DNA from: an uncultured Chloroflexia bacterium
Lineage (GTDB): Bacteria; Chloroflexota; Ktedonobacteria; Ktedonobacterales; JADMIN01
DNA length: 32,000 nucleotides
Direction: 5' to 3'
Assembly (NCBI GenBank): GCA_963718915.1
Contig: CAVRAI010000003.1
Location: forward strand, 450,001 to 482,000
In this document: positions 1 to 7,030 of the stretch, one piece after another
How the letters are laid out: each line of letters begins with the position of its first letter
Numbering within the stretch: the stretch's first letter is position 1
Notes under the pieces: generated by a model
Database searches by the model: none
What the model saw: the letters and a program-made list of their open reading frames with translations, nothing else
What the model was told of the DNA's origin: nothing
Translations under genes and position numbers: made by a program

Positions 1-353
1 GCGGTCGTCGTGACACAGCGCGCCAGCAGCCAGAGACTTGCCAGCAGCGCCGCCAGCGAGAGCATCCACCAGAGGATGCGCGCCGCCGAATAGGGCAGGA
101 ACCCGAACGGGATCAGCAGCGCGGCGGAGGGTGGCGTCCAGCGGAAGTCCGACGGCCCAGCAGGCAGATGCAGCACCTGCATGTTGAAGATGCGCTGCAT
201 CGGCACGTTGTAGACCTGGAGCGCGGCGTGATGGGCCAGCGCATAGCCCGCCTCATACGGCCCCGTGAAGTCGTAGCCGCTGCTATGCAACGGCAGCCAG
301 ACACCCCAGTAGCCGAAGATGCCAAGGGCAAGCAGCAGGGCGCCTATCCCCAC
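1..353 (-). CDS. Partial membrane protein, DUF2029/GT87-like glycosyltransferase N-terminus (continues beyond left edge)
   Basis: Absent from the ORF track because it runs off the window. My minus-strand translation from about 386 stays open to position 1: ..VVGIGALLLALGIFGYWGVWLPLHSSGYDFTGPYEAGYALAHHAALQVYNVP..FRWTPPSAALLIPFGFLPYSAARILWWMLSLAALLASLW.. It is TM-rich, and the DF..Y / (F/Y)xxPP..all.P pattern recalls GT87-type glycosyltransferases. Start is uncertain (GTG near 353). Confidence 0.4.
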   Translation of the reverse strand, partial: MGIGALLLALGIFGYWGVWLPLHSSGYDFTGPYEAGYALAHHAALQVYNVPMQRIFNMQVLHLPAGPSDFRWTPPSAALLIPFGFLPYSAARILWWMLSLAALLASLWLLARCVTTT

Positions 354-400
354 GACCGCGCGCGATGGGCCGTGAAAGCATCCGTGTGATACTCGCTCTC

Positions 401-895
401 CTATAAGTCAGGCGTTGGCAGGCCATTCATGCCGAGCGTGTAGAACAGCTCGCCGCCATGATGGAGGTCGTGCTCGATCAGATGCCAGATGACCCACTGG
501 CGCGTATACGCCTCAGGATCGCCGGGATCGGGCTGGTCATTCGGAAATGTATCCGCCAGGTTGGCGAGCGTCCAGCGGCCCAAGCACTCGCTGATGACGC
601 CCCACGACTGTTCCAGCCCCTGCTCCAGTTCGGCGGCGTTGCGCCTGGGCTGGTTGGGGCGATCCCAGACTGTCAGATTGGCCATCGTCTCGCCACCCTC
701 GCCCATCAGTCGGTGGAACCAGCGCGCCCGCGCGCCGATGATATGCGTCACGATGGCATAGACGTTGCGCAGGTTCGGCGCTGGCCGCAACTCGAGTTGC
801 TCCAGGGTGAGCGGCGCCACCGCCTCGACCAGATAGCGGGTGTAGACATCCCAGCCCGCGTAGACCTGCTTCAGGGTCATTGTCTCATCGCTCAT
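401..895 (-). CDS. DinB family protein (metal-binding four-helix bundle)
   Basis: 164-aa ORF with DinB-like His motifs (..VTHIIGARARW.., ..WHLIEHDLHHGGEL..). Its ATG overlaps the stop of the upstream gene (ATGA at 892-895), which suggests translational coupling. Confidence 0.85.
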   Translation of the reverse strand: MSDETMTLKQVYAGWDVYTRYLVEAVAPLTLEQLELRPAPNLRNVYAIVTHIIGARARWFHRLMGEGGETMANLTVWDRPNQPRRNAAELEQGLEQSWGVISECLGRWTLANLADTFPNDQPDPGDPEAYTRQWVIWHLIEHDLHHGGELFYTLGMNGLPTPDL

Positions 896-1371
896 GATTG
901 CGCCTCCACAGATTGTCCTTGCTCCAGCATCGCGATATGTTCGCGATAGTGCTCGAAGGTGTCGCCCGCGACGAGGCCATGCATCTCCTCGTCGTCCAAC
1001 TGCTCCGTGCTCAACGTCTCGACCAGCGCCAGCGTCTCCTGATACGAATCGTCGAAGGCGGCGCGCACCTCGGCGAGCGGGCGGTCGCGGTTGGCGGCCA
1101 GCACCCCGGCGTTGATCCGGTCAACCGCCGTCTGTTCGTTCTCGCCCGGTTGGACGAGGCTCTCCTTCGCGCCGTTGACGTAGGCGATCAGGCGCTGCTC
1201 CCAGAACGTGATGTGCGCCAGCATATCTTTGACGGACCACTCACCGAATCGCCCCGGCTGGACAAACTGCTCGTCGCCGATGGTGGCAAGCAGCGCATCG
1301 AGGCGCGCATGCTCCGCGCGCATCCGGTCGGCCACGGATGTCGCTTCATTGGTCTGGTTGTTGGATGGCAT
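892..1371 (-). CDS. DinB-like / ClbS-DfsB-like four-helix-bundle protein
   Basis: 159-aa ORF. Motifs ..WSVKDMLAHITFWEQRLI.. and ..GDTFEHYREHIAMLE.. are typical of the DinB/ClbS-like superfamily. Forms an operon with the gene at 401-895. Confidence 0.7.
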   Translation of the reverse strand: MPSNNQTNEATSVADRMRAEHARLDALLATIGDEQFVQPGRFGEWSVKDMLAHITFWEQRLIAYVNGAKESLVQPGENEQTAVDRINAGVLAANRDRPLAEVRAAFDDSYQETLALVETLSTEQLDDEEMHGLVAGDTFEHYREHIAMLEQGQSVEAQS

Positions 1372-1435
1372 AGTTGGTTCTCCTGGCCGAGTCGGCGTCT
1401 GGACTGTAGACTACGACGCGCGCGGCTGATGAACT

Positions 1436-1579
1436 TTTAGAAATAACCCCGTACAGCGTCCTATGGCGGGCGTCCAGGAAGCCCAAAGGCCCCGGCGAAT
1501 GGGCCAGAGCAGCCGGGAAATTCGCCGTAGCGTTCACGCTACGGTCTGCCTCGCCCACCACGACGTGCGGTGTTCGGCG
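1436..1579 (+). repeat. Dispersed REP-like intergenic element, copy 1 (TTTTAGAAAT ... ATTCGCCGTAGCGTTCACGCTACGGTCTGCCTCGCC...)
   Basis: The core at 1518-1579 contains a perfect 8-bp hairpin, CCGTAGCG-TTCA-CGCTACGG. Near-identical cores occur at 15877-15937 (+) and 21611-21675 (-), with a right-half copy at 22961-23010. Confidence 0.8.
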
Positions 1580-1622
1580 TACATAGTAAATCGACATGAT
1601 GCTACGGCCAGCTCCCCCTGCT

Positions 1623-2894
1623 CTAGTAAACGCCACGAGTAGCTGTTTCTATGCGCAGGTCGGCCCAGATGGCCGTCTCGCGATAGCGGTTCGCCTGGCC
1701 GCCCCCCGGCAGCAGCTCGCGCCCAAGCGCCGACAGCCGCGCGCGCCGTTCGCTCAGCGTCAGACCCGGCTCGACGGCAACAGGGTCAATCATAACCCAT
1801 GGCGCGACCGCCAGAAAGCCTCCCACCAGCGCCGCGCCCGTCACAGTATGGACCGCCTCATCCACGCCGACAAAGGCGCCGCCTGGTCGCGATGGCGCGG
1901 GAGCATCGCGCGCCGTGATGCTGGACTGGCCATCGAAGGTGATATCGAACAGATTGCCGGTCTGCATCGCGCAGACATTGTAGCGCAGGCGCGAATAGAG
2001 CGGCTGAATCGAGCCGAGGACGGCGTTGAGCCACTCGGCGGGCTGCCATTCCCAGGTCTTCGAGGGCGCGGCCCACGGCTGGTCGTTGGCGTCGGGCTGC
2101 AAGACCACCTCAACCCCTTGCGCATCCAGGTGGCGCAGGTAATCTGGTGTGAAGGCATCGAGGCTGATGGCGACGCCGAGACGACCCGCCGACGTCGGGA
2201 TCGCGCGCACATCGCTCAGCAAACCCGGCGTCAGATCCAGCGTCTCGCGCTCGCTGCTGGTCAGATAGACCTTGTTCACCCGTTCGAGCAGCGCGCCATC
2301 CGGGCCAAAGACCAGCGCGGCGTTATAGACCTCTGGCGCCGTCGGCGGATAGACCGACCGCGCGCCCGGCCTGCCCCAGCGGGCGATATCGCGTGGATCG
2401 TCAGAGTGGCGCACCTGCGGGGCGAGCGCCGTGGCGACGAGATGGGTGTGGTACTGCGCCGCCAGCCGCGAGAGCGTCTCGGCGAAGGGGCGATAGAGCG
2501 CGTCGGTGGCCGCCAGCAGCAGCGCTCGTGGCAGTGAGATGCCCGGCCACATCCGGCGGCAGCGCATCAGCCGTGGCAGCAGCCCCGCCGCCATCTCGGC
2601 CATCGCCATCTGCGCCGTGCTGGCGCGTCGGGCCAGCAGCGCCCGTTGTCCGGTGAACGCCGCGGGCAACCCCAGCATCTCGCCCAGCACAAGCACGTTA
2701 GGCTGCGTAGGCGAGAGATACTGCGCGCCGAGGCCGACGATGCGCTCCAGTTCGGCGACGAAGGCCGCTTCGGTCGCTGGCAGCGTGATCCGGTTGCCGA
2801 CCGCTACCGCCCGGACATGCGTCGTCTGTTGTGGTCGGCGTTGCCATGGTGATGTTGGGCTAGGCCGCGCTGGCCGATGCGGCGGCCACACCAC
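1623..2894 (-). CDS. Carbon-nitrogen hydrolase (nitrilase superfamily) family protein; start uncertain
   Basis: The ORF is open up to 2939 (TTG). The only ATG seen just upstream of the conserved domain is out of frame; in-frame candidate starts there are TTG and GTG (2939, 2894, 2891). CN-hydrolase layout: ..VLVLGEMLG.. (Glu), ..VNKVYLTSSE.. (Lys), ..RLGVAISLDAFTPDY.. at the nucleophile position, ..YNVCAMQTGN..FDGQSSI... Confidence 0.7.
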   Translation of the reverse strand: MVWPPHRPARPSPTSPWQRRPQQTTHVRAVAVGNRITLPATEAAFVAELERIVGLGAQYLSPTQPNVLVLGEMLGLPAAFTGQRALLARRASTAQMAMAEMAAGLLPRLMRCRRMWPGISLPRALLLAATDALYRPFAETLSRLAAQYHTHLVATALAPQVRHSDDPRDIARWGRPGARSVYPPTAPEVYNAALVFGPDGALLERVNKVYLTSSERETLDLTPGLLSDVRAIPTSAGRLGVAISLDAFTPDYLRHLDAQGVEVVLQPDANDQPWAAPSKTWEWQPAEWLNAVLGSIQPLYSRLRYNVCAMQTGNLFDITFDGQSSITARDAPAPSRPGGAFVGVDEAVHTVTGAALVGGFLAVAPWVMIDPVAVEPGLTLSERRARLSALGRELLPGGGQANRYRETAIWADLRIETATRGVY

Positions 2895-3252
2895 GTTTGT
2901 AGCGCGCGGCGGACGCCTCGCCGATGCCAATGCCCGCAATCGCCAGCAGCAGATGGATTATCTGGATGACCCAGTGGGCCGATGTCGGCATCAACCCCTG
3001 CTGAATCATGCCAAAGATCGCGATAATCAACCCGACGACGAATGTGCCAAGAACCAGGCCCAGGCTGCCATTCTTCTGTAGGCCCTGCGCCAGCCCCAGC
3101 AGCCAGATCGCCGCGACGAAGAGAATGCCGACGAACATATGAATCAGTACCAGCCAGTGCGGCTCGGCGATGCCGAACCAGAAGAGCAGGCCCAGGACCA
3201 GGTTAATCACGAAGAGCGCGCGAAGCGACATGTCGGCGATACGAACGACCAC
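2860..3252 (-). CDS. Small integral membrane protein (about 4 TM helices), unknown function
   Basis: Strongly hydrophobic ORF (..LFVINLVLGLLFWFGIAEPHWLVLIHMFVGILFVAAIWLLGLA..). The GTG at 3252 is preceded by GGAGGA with a 7-nt spacer. The ORF-track start at 3336 is probably an extension. Confidence 0.6.
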   Translation of the reverse strand: MVVRIADMSLRALFVINLVLGLLFWFGIAEPHWLVLIHMFVGILFVAAIWLLGLAQGLQKNGSLGLVLGTFVVGLIIAIFGMIQQGLMPTSAHWVIQIIHLLLAIAGIGIGEASAARYKRGVAAASASAA

Positions 3253-3369
3253 GAGTGTTTCCTCCACTACATGAGCGATGAGAACGGATGACGTTGAGAA
3301 CAGTCCGCCCATAGCATACCGCACGCGGGCCAGCATCTTGATGGGCTATGGAGGATGCCGCTATCTCGC

Positions 3370-3564
3370 TCACTTGCGAAGATAAGCCGGATAGCGCGCG
3401 GGATCAAAGCGCCAGCGGCCATCTTTGCCCCACGACCAGGGGTCCGAGAATTCCCACCAGTGGAGCAGGACGTCTGCCACCTCGGCGTACGGCTCATCTG
3501 GCTCAGCCAGCGTAGCATCCATAGGAGGATCGAGTGGATAGCGCGCCGTAAGCAAGCTTCGCAT
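3370..3564 (-). CDS. Hypothetical small protein (64 aa), weak call
   Basis: ORF only: ..EVADVLLHWWEFSDPWSWGKDGRWRFDPARYPAYLRK. No family recognised and no clear SD. Confidence 0.25.
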   Translation of the reverse strand: MRSLLTARYPLDPPMDATLAEPDEPYAEVADVLLHWWEFSDPWSWGKDGRWRFDPARYPAYLRK

Positions 3565-3690
3565 GTGCCGATCTGTCCGTTCTCTTTGAGGTCGTGATGC
3601 CGCGAAAGGGATGGTGTCGGTACGAACGGCTCATGAACAGAGGACTCCATCGTTCCATGCTGGCGGTAATTGCTCGTCGAGGATTGGTCA

Positions 3691-4062
3691 TCAGGCGTGA
3701 GCATCGAGTGGCGGGCGCAGACCACGCTCCACAGCTACCTTGAGCGCCTGCGCTTTCTGTACCATGCCGCGGCGGTAGCTCGTCATCAGTTCATCCAGCC
3801 GATGACGTGCAGCTTCATCCAGTGTTGCCTCGCGTTGGCGTGCCAGCAGGGCGCTGAGTTCACGCTGTTCGCCTCGGCTCATCTCAAGGTCGCACAACGC
3901 CAGCACCTGATCGTCCGAGAGCGATTCGACCGGAACTTCAATGGCGGCTCGGCCAAGCCACTCCAGTAGTACGTCCTCCACCCGTCGGTGTGTCTGCTGG
4001 GCAACCGCCGCTGCGCGCTGCGCAAGATCGGGTGGCAAATCAAGGGTAACTGTCTGGCCCAT
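3691..4062 (-). CDS. Antitoxin-like hypothetical protein (N-terminal RHH-like segment plus helical tail)
   Basis: The ATG at 4062 is preceded by GGAGGAG with a 6-nt spacer. MGQTVTLDLPPDLAQRAAAVAQQTHRRVEDVLLEWL.. resembles small antitoxin-type proteins common in Chloroflexi and cyanobacteria. No recognisable toxin partner lies downstream. Confidence 0.55.
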   Translation of the reverse strand: MGQTVTLDLPPDLAQRAAAVAQQTHRRVEDVLLEWLGRAAIEVPVESLSDDQVLALCDLEMSRGEQRELSALLARQREATLDEAARHRLDELMTSYRRGMVQKAQALKVAVERGLRPPLDAHA

Positions 4063-4161
4063 GGACAACTCCTCCAACGAATGTGTTGCTGTTTCATCGT
4101 ATCATGCGCCAAACCAGCCTCGCCAACATGCTGAAGCATCAGCCGAAGCCGCTGCTGGGCA

Positions 4162-4190
4162 TTGAAAATCAACCTTCCCCATGGTAGAAT
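4162..4190 (+). promoter_or_regulatory. Sigma-70-like promoter for the arsR-CDF operon (TTGAAA-17 nt-TAGAAT)
   Basis: TTGAAA at 4162-4167, a 17-nt spacer, and TAGAAT at 4185-4190, about 70 nt upstream of the ArsR start. A direct TTGCGAT repeat follows at about 4216-4231 and may be an operator. Confidence 0.45.
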
Positions 4191-4259
4191 GATTTAGTAA
4201 TCTCTAAATCGTCGGTTGCGATTTTGCGATATTTCCAGATAGAGAGTGGAGACAGAGAG

Positions 4260-4784
4260 ATGGCGCAGAGGCGTAGCACCGTTGCTCGCCGGGTAGAGGC
4301 CGCGACGACGGCGGACGATGTAGTGGACGACATCTGCCTGACACCAGGCGCCGACCCCGAGCGTACCGCGCATGGCCGCGCGCTCTTGCCGGATGCGCGC
4401 TCGCAGATTGCCCTGGCCGACACGTTTCGCGCTTTGGCCGATCCGACGCGCGTCAGCATCGCGCTCTCGCTGCTGCGCCAGGAGTTGTGCACTTGCGATC
4501 TGGCAGCGATCACCGGCGTCACCGAGTCCGCCGTCTCGCAACATCTGCGCGTCCTCCGCCGTCTGCGGCTGGTGAAGAGCCGTCGTGAGGGCCGGTTGGT
4601 CTTCTATAGCCTCGACGACCTGCACATCCGCATTCTGCTGACGGTCTGCCTGCACCATATTCGCGATGACGGGCAGCAGCATGATGGACTTGAGCGCATC
4701 CTCGATTTCTTCCCTGCTCTGCCCGAAGCGCCCGTTACCCTGGCCGCTCCTGAGCGGGAGTCGGTGAAAGAGGTGACGCTATGA
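4260..4784 (+). CDS. ArsR/SmtB family metalloregulatory transcriptional repressor
   Basis: ..LADTFRALADPTRVSIALSLLRQELCTCDLAAITGVTESAVSQHLRVLRRLRLV.. is a winged HTH with a CxC metal site. GGAGA SD with a 7-nt spacer before the ATG at 4260. ATGA overlap with the downstream CDF gene. Confidence 0.85.
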   Translation: MAQRRSTVARRVEAATTADDVVDDICLTPGADPERTAHGRALLPDARSQIALADTFRALADPTRVSIALSLLRQELCTCDLAAITGVTESAVSQHLRVLRRLRLVKSRREGRLVFYSLDDLHIRILLTVCLHHIRDDGQQHDGLERILDFFPALPEAPVTLAAPERESVKEVTL

Positions 4785-5761
4785 GCGCGCGCACCATACA
4801 ACATAGCCACGGCAGCGATCACACCCATGCTCACGCAAACCCAAAGGTCGCGCTGGGTACCGCCTTCGCGCTGACCACGCTAGTGCTGCTCGTCGAGGTA
4901 GTGGGCGGAATTGCCTCGCATTCTCTGGCGCTGCTCTCGGATGCCGGGCACGTGCTGACCGATATCGTGGCGCTGGGGCTGGCGTGGTTCGCCGCCGTGC
5001 AGGCCGAGCGCCCATCTGATGACCGCCGCACCTATGGCTACCATCGCGTCGGCATTCTAGCGGCGCTTGCCAACGCCATCACCCTGATCGTGATCGTCGT
5101 CTGGATCGCCTATGAGGCCATCCATCGGCTTCAGACGCCAGAGCAGGTGACGCCGTGGATCATGTTCGTCGCGGCGTCGGTTGGCGTGGCCGTCAATCTC
5201 TTCATCGGACTGCGCCTGCGCCATCAGGGACAGCACAATATCAACGTCCGCGCGGCGATGCTCCACGTCTTCGGCGATGTCGGCGCGTCGGCGGCGGTGA
5301 TCGTCGGTGGCATCGTCATCGCGCTGACGGGGTGGTATCTTGCCGACCCGATCATCTCGCTGGCCATTGCGCTGCTGATTGCCTGGGGCGCGTGGGGCGT
5401 GTTGCGCGAGACGATTGCTATTCTGATGGAGTCCACGCCACGCGATGTCGATGTGACACGCCTGCTGCGCGACCTGGGGAAAATCTCCGGCGTGAGTGGG
5501 GTGCATGACCTGCACGTCTGGTCCATCGCTGGCGGGATGCGCGCCCTCTCGGCGCATATCCAGGTGATTGACCGCCCGCTCAGCGCCTGCGATTCCCTGC
5601 GCGTGAAGATCAACGCATTGCTACGCAAAGATTACTCCATCGGCCATTCGACACTCCAATTCGAGTGCCGCGACTGCGACCGTTGCGACGGCAGCAACCT
5701 CTACTGCCAGCTCGATCCGGGCGAGTCCGCGCACGCGCATAGCCACAGCCATTTCCATTAG
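4781..5761 (+). CDS. Cation diffusion facilitator (CzcD/ZitB-type) divalent metal efflux transporter
   Basis: CDF signature ..HSLALLSDAGHVLTD.. and six TM segments. His-rich N-terminus (HSHGSDHTHAH) and a Cys/His-rich C-terminus (CRDCDRCDGSNLYC..HAHSHSHFH). Confidence 0.9.
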   Translation: MSARTIQHSHGSDHTHAHANPKVALGTAFALTTLVLLVEVVGGIASHSLALLSDAGHVLTDIVALGLAWFAAVQAERPSDDRRTYGYHRVGILAALANAITLIVIVVWIAYEAIHRLQTPEQVTPWIMFVAASVGVAVNLFIGLRLRHQGQHNINVRAAMLHVFGDVGASAAVIVGGIVIALTGWYLADPIISLAIALLIAWGAWGVLRETIAILMESTPRDVDVTRLLRDLGKISGVSGVHDLHVWSIAGGMRALSAHIQVIDRPLSACDSLRVKINALLRKDYSIGHSTLQFECRDCDRCDGSNLYCQLDPGESAHAHSHSHFH

Positions 5762-5803
5762 CCGCTCGCAGCGTAGCCAGGAGCGCGTAGACGGGAGAAG
5801 ACT

Positions 5804-7030
5804 ATGGCGCAGGGCGTCTTCTTCAATATTCCCTTCCATGGGCATATCAATCCCACTCTGCCGCTGGTCGAGGAGTTAACCCGGCGCGGCGACCGCATCA
5901 TCTACTACTCGTCCGAAGCTTTCCGGCCCGCTATCGAGCAGGCGGGCGCCACGTTTCGCGGCATAGATGCCTTTTTCACCGAACAGACGCCCGTTGATGC
6001 GAACCTGGTGCGCTTCGCATATACGCTGATACACGCCACGCAGCGGATACTGCCGGGTCTGCTGGCCGAGACGCGCGCCAACCCGCCGGACTATATCCTG
6101 TTTGATACGCTCTGTATCTGGGGCAGATGTGTGGCTGAGATTCTGCGCATCCCGGCGGTGGCCTCGGTCTCTACGATAGCAAGGCCACACGAGCCGATGC
6201 GGCGCGAGATCGCGATGGCCATGCTTCCCATGCTGCCCAGTTCGGTGCGGATGCTGCTCGAAGGGCGGCGGGAGCTGCGCAAATTCAACGAGATCGCCGG
6301 GCAGTTGCGCGCGACCTATCACATCCCCAAAATGGGGCTTGCCGACGCCTATAACAACCTCGCCGACCTCAACATCGTCTACTCGATCAAAGACCTGCAA
6401 GCCTGGCCCAACACTTTCGATGAGCGATTCAAGTTCGTCGGGCCTTTCCTCGCTGACCCCGCCCAAACCGCCGAGACGGCGAATTTCCCGTTCGCGGAGC
6501 TGGGCGAGCAGCCAGCGATCTATATCTCGTTAGGAACGGTCTTTAACGACCGCGATGATTTCTATCGCCTGTGCTTTGAAGCCTTCGCCGACCTCAACCG
6601 TCGCGTGATACTCTCCATCGGCTCCCGGACGGATATGAGCCAACTGGGCGCGATTCCCGCGAACTTTATCGTCAGGCCGTTTGTGCCGCAACTTTGGGTT
6701 CTGCGCCACGCCGCGCTTTTCATCACCCATGCTGGCATGAATAGCGTCAACGAAGGACTGTTCGAGAGTGTGCCGCTCCTCATGATCCCACAGGCCGCCG
6801 ATCAGTTCTTTATCGCTCGTCGTCTTCAGCGGCTTGGTGTGGGCAAAACGCTCGACTCCAGCCAGTTGAGCACCGACCGTTTGCGGAGCGCCGCTGAAGA
6901 GATGCTGGCGAATCCGGTGTATCACCAGCAATGCGAAAGACTCAGCGCCGCGCTGCATCAGGCAGGCGGCCCCTCAGCGGCGGCTGATGCGATTGATGCG
7001 TTCAAGCGTCAGCACGCTTTGGTGAGCTAG
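5804..7030 (+). CDS. Macrolide-type (MGT/OleD-like) GT1 family UDP-glycosyltransferase
   Basis: N-terminal ..FNIPFHGHINPTLPLVEEL.. and a C-terminal UDPGT-like motif ..FITHAGMNSVNEGLFESVPLLMIPQAADQ.. SD GGGAGAAG lies upstream. Confidence 0.85.
   Translation: MAQGVFFNIPFHGHINPTLPLVEELTRRGDRIIYYSSEAFRPAIEQAGATFRGIDAFFTEQTPVDANLVRFAYTLIHATQRILPGLLAETRANPPDYILFDTLCIWGRCVAEILRIPAVASVSTIARPHEPMRREIAMAMLPMLPSSVRMLLEGRRELRKFNEIAGQLRATYHIPKMGLADAYNNLADLNIVYSIKDLQAWPNTFDERFKFVGPFLADPAQTAETANFPFAELGEQPAIYISLGTVFNDRDDFYRLCFEAFADLNRRVILSIGSRTDMSQLGAIPANFIVRPFVPQLWVLRHAALFITHAGMNSVNEGLFESVPLLMIPQAADQFFIARRLQRLGVGKTLDSSQLSTDRLRSAAEEMLANPVYHQQCERLSAALHQAGGPSAAADAIDAFKRQHALVS

Noticed and set aside
3503-3691. 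62-aa ORF whose ATG overlaps the stop of the antitoxin-like gene, considered as its toxin
   Set aside because: The product (MTNPRRAITASMERWSPLFMSRSYRHHPF..) has no PIN, RelE, MazF or other toxin motif, and it overlaps two other equally weak ORFs. It is not annotated as a CDS.
7027-7030. Convergent glycosyltransferase and copCD genes share their stop codons in a palindromic CTAG (TAG on both strands)
   Set aside because: It is real but most likely coincidental compaction. I can attach no functional hypothesis beyond the lack of an intergenic terminator.
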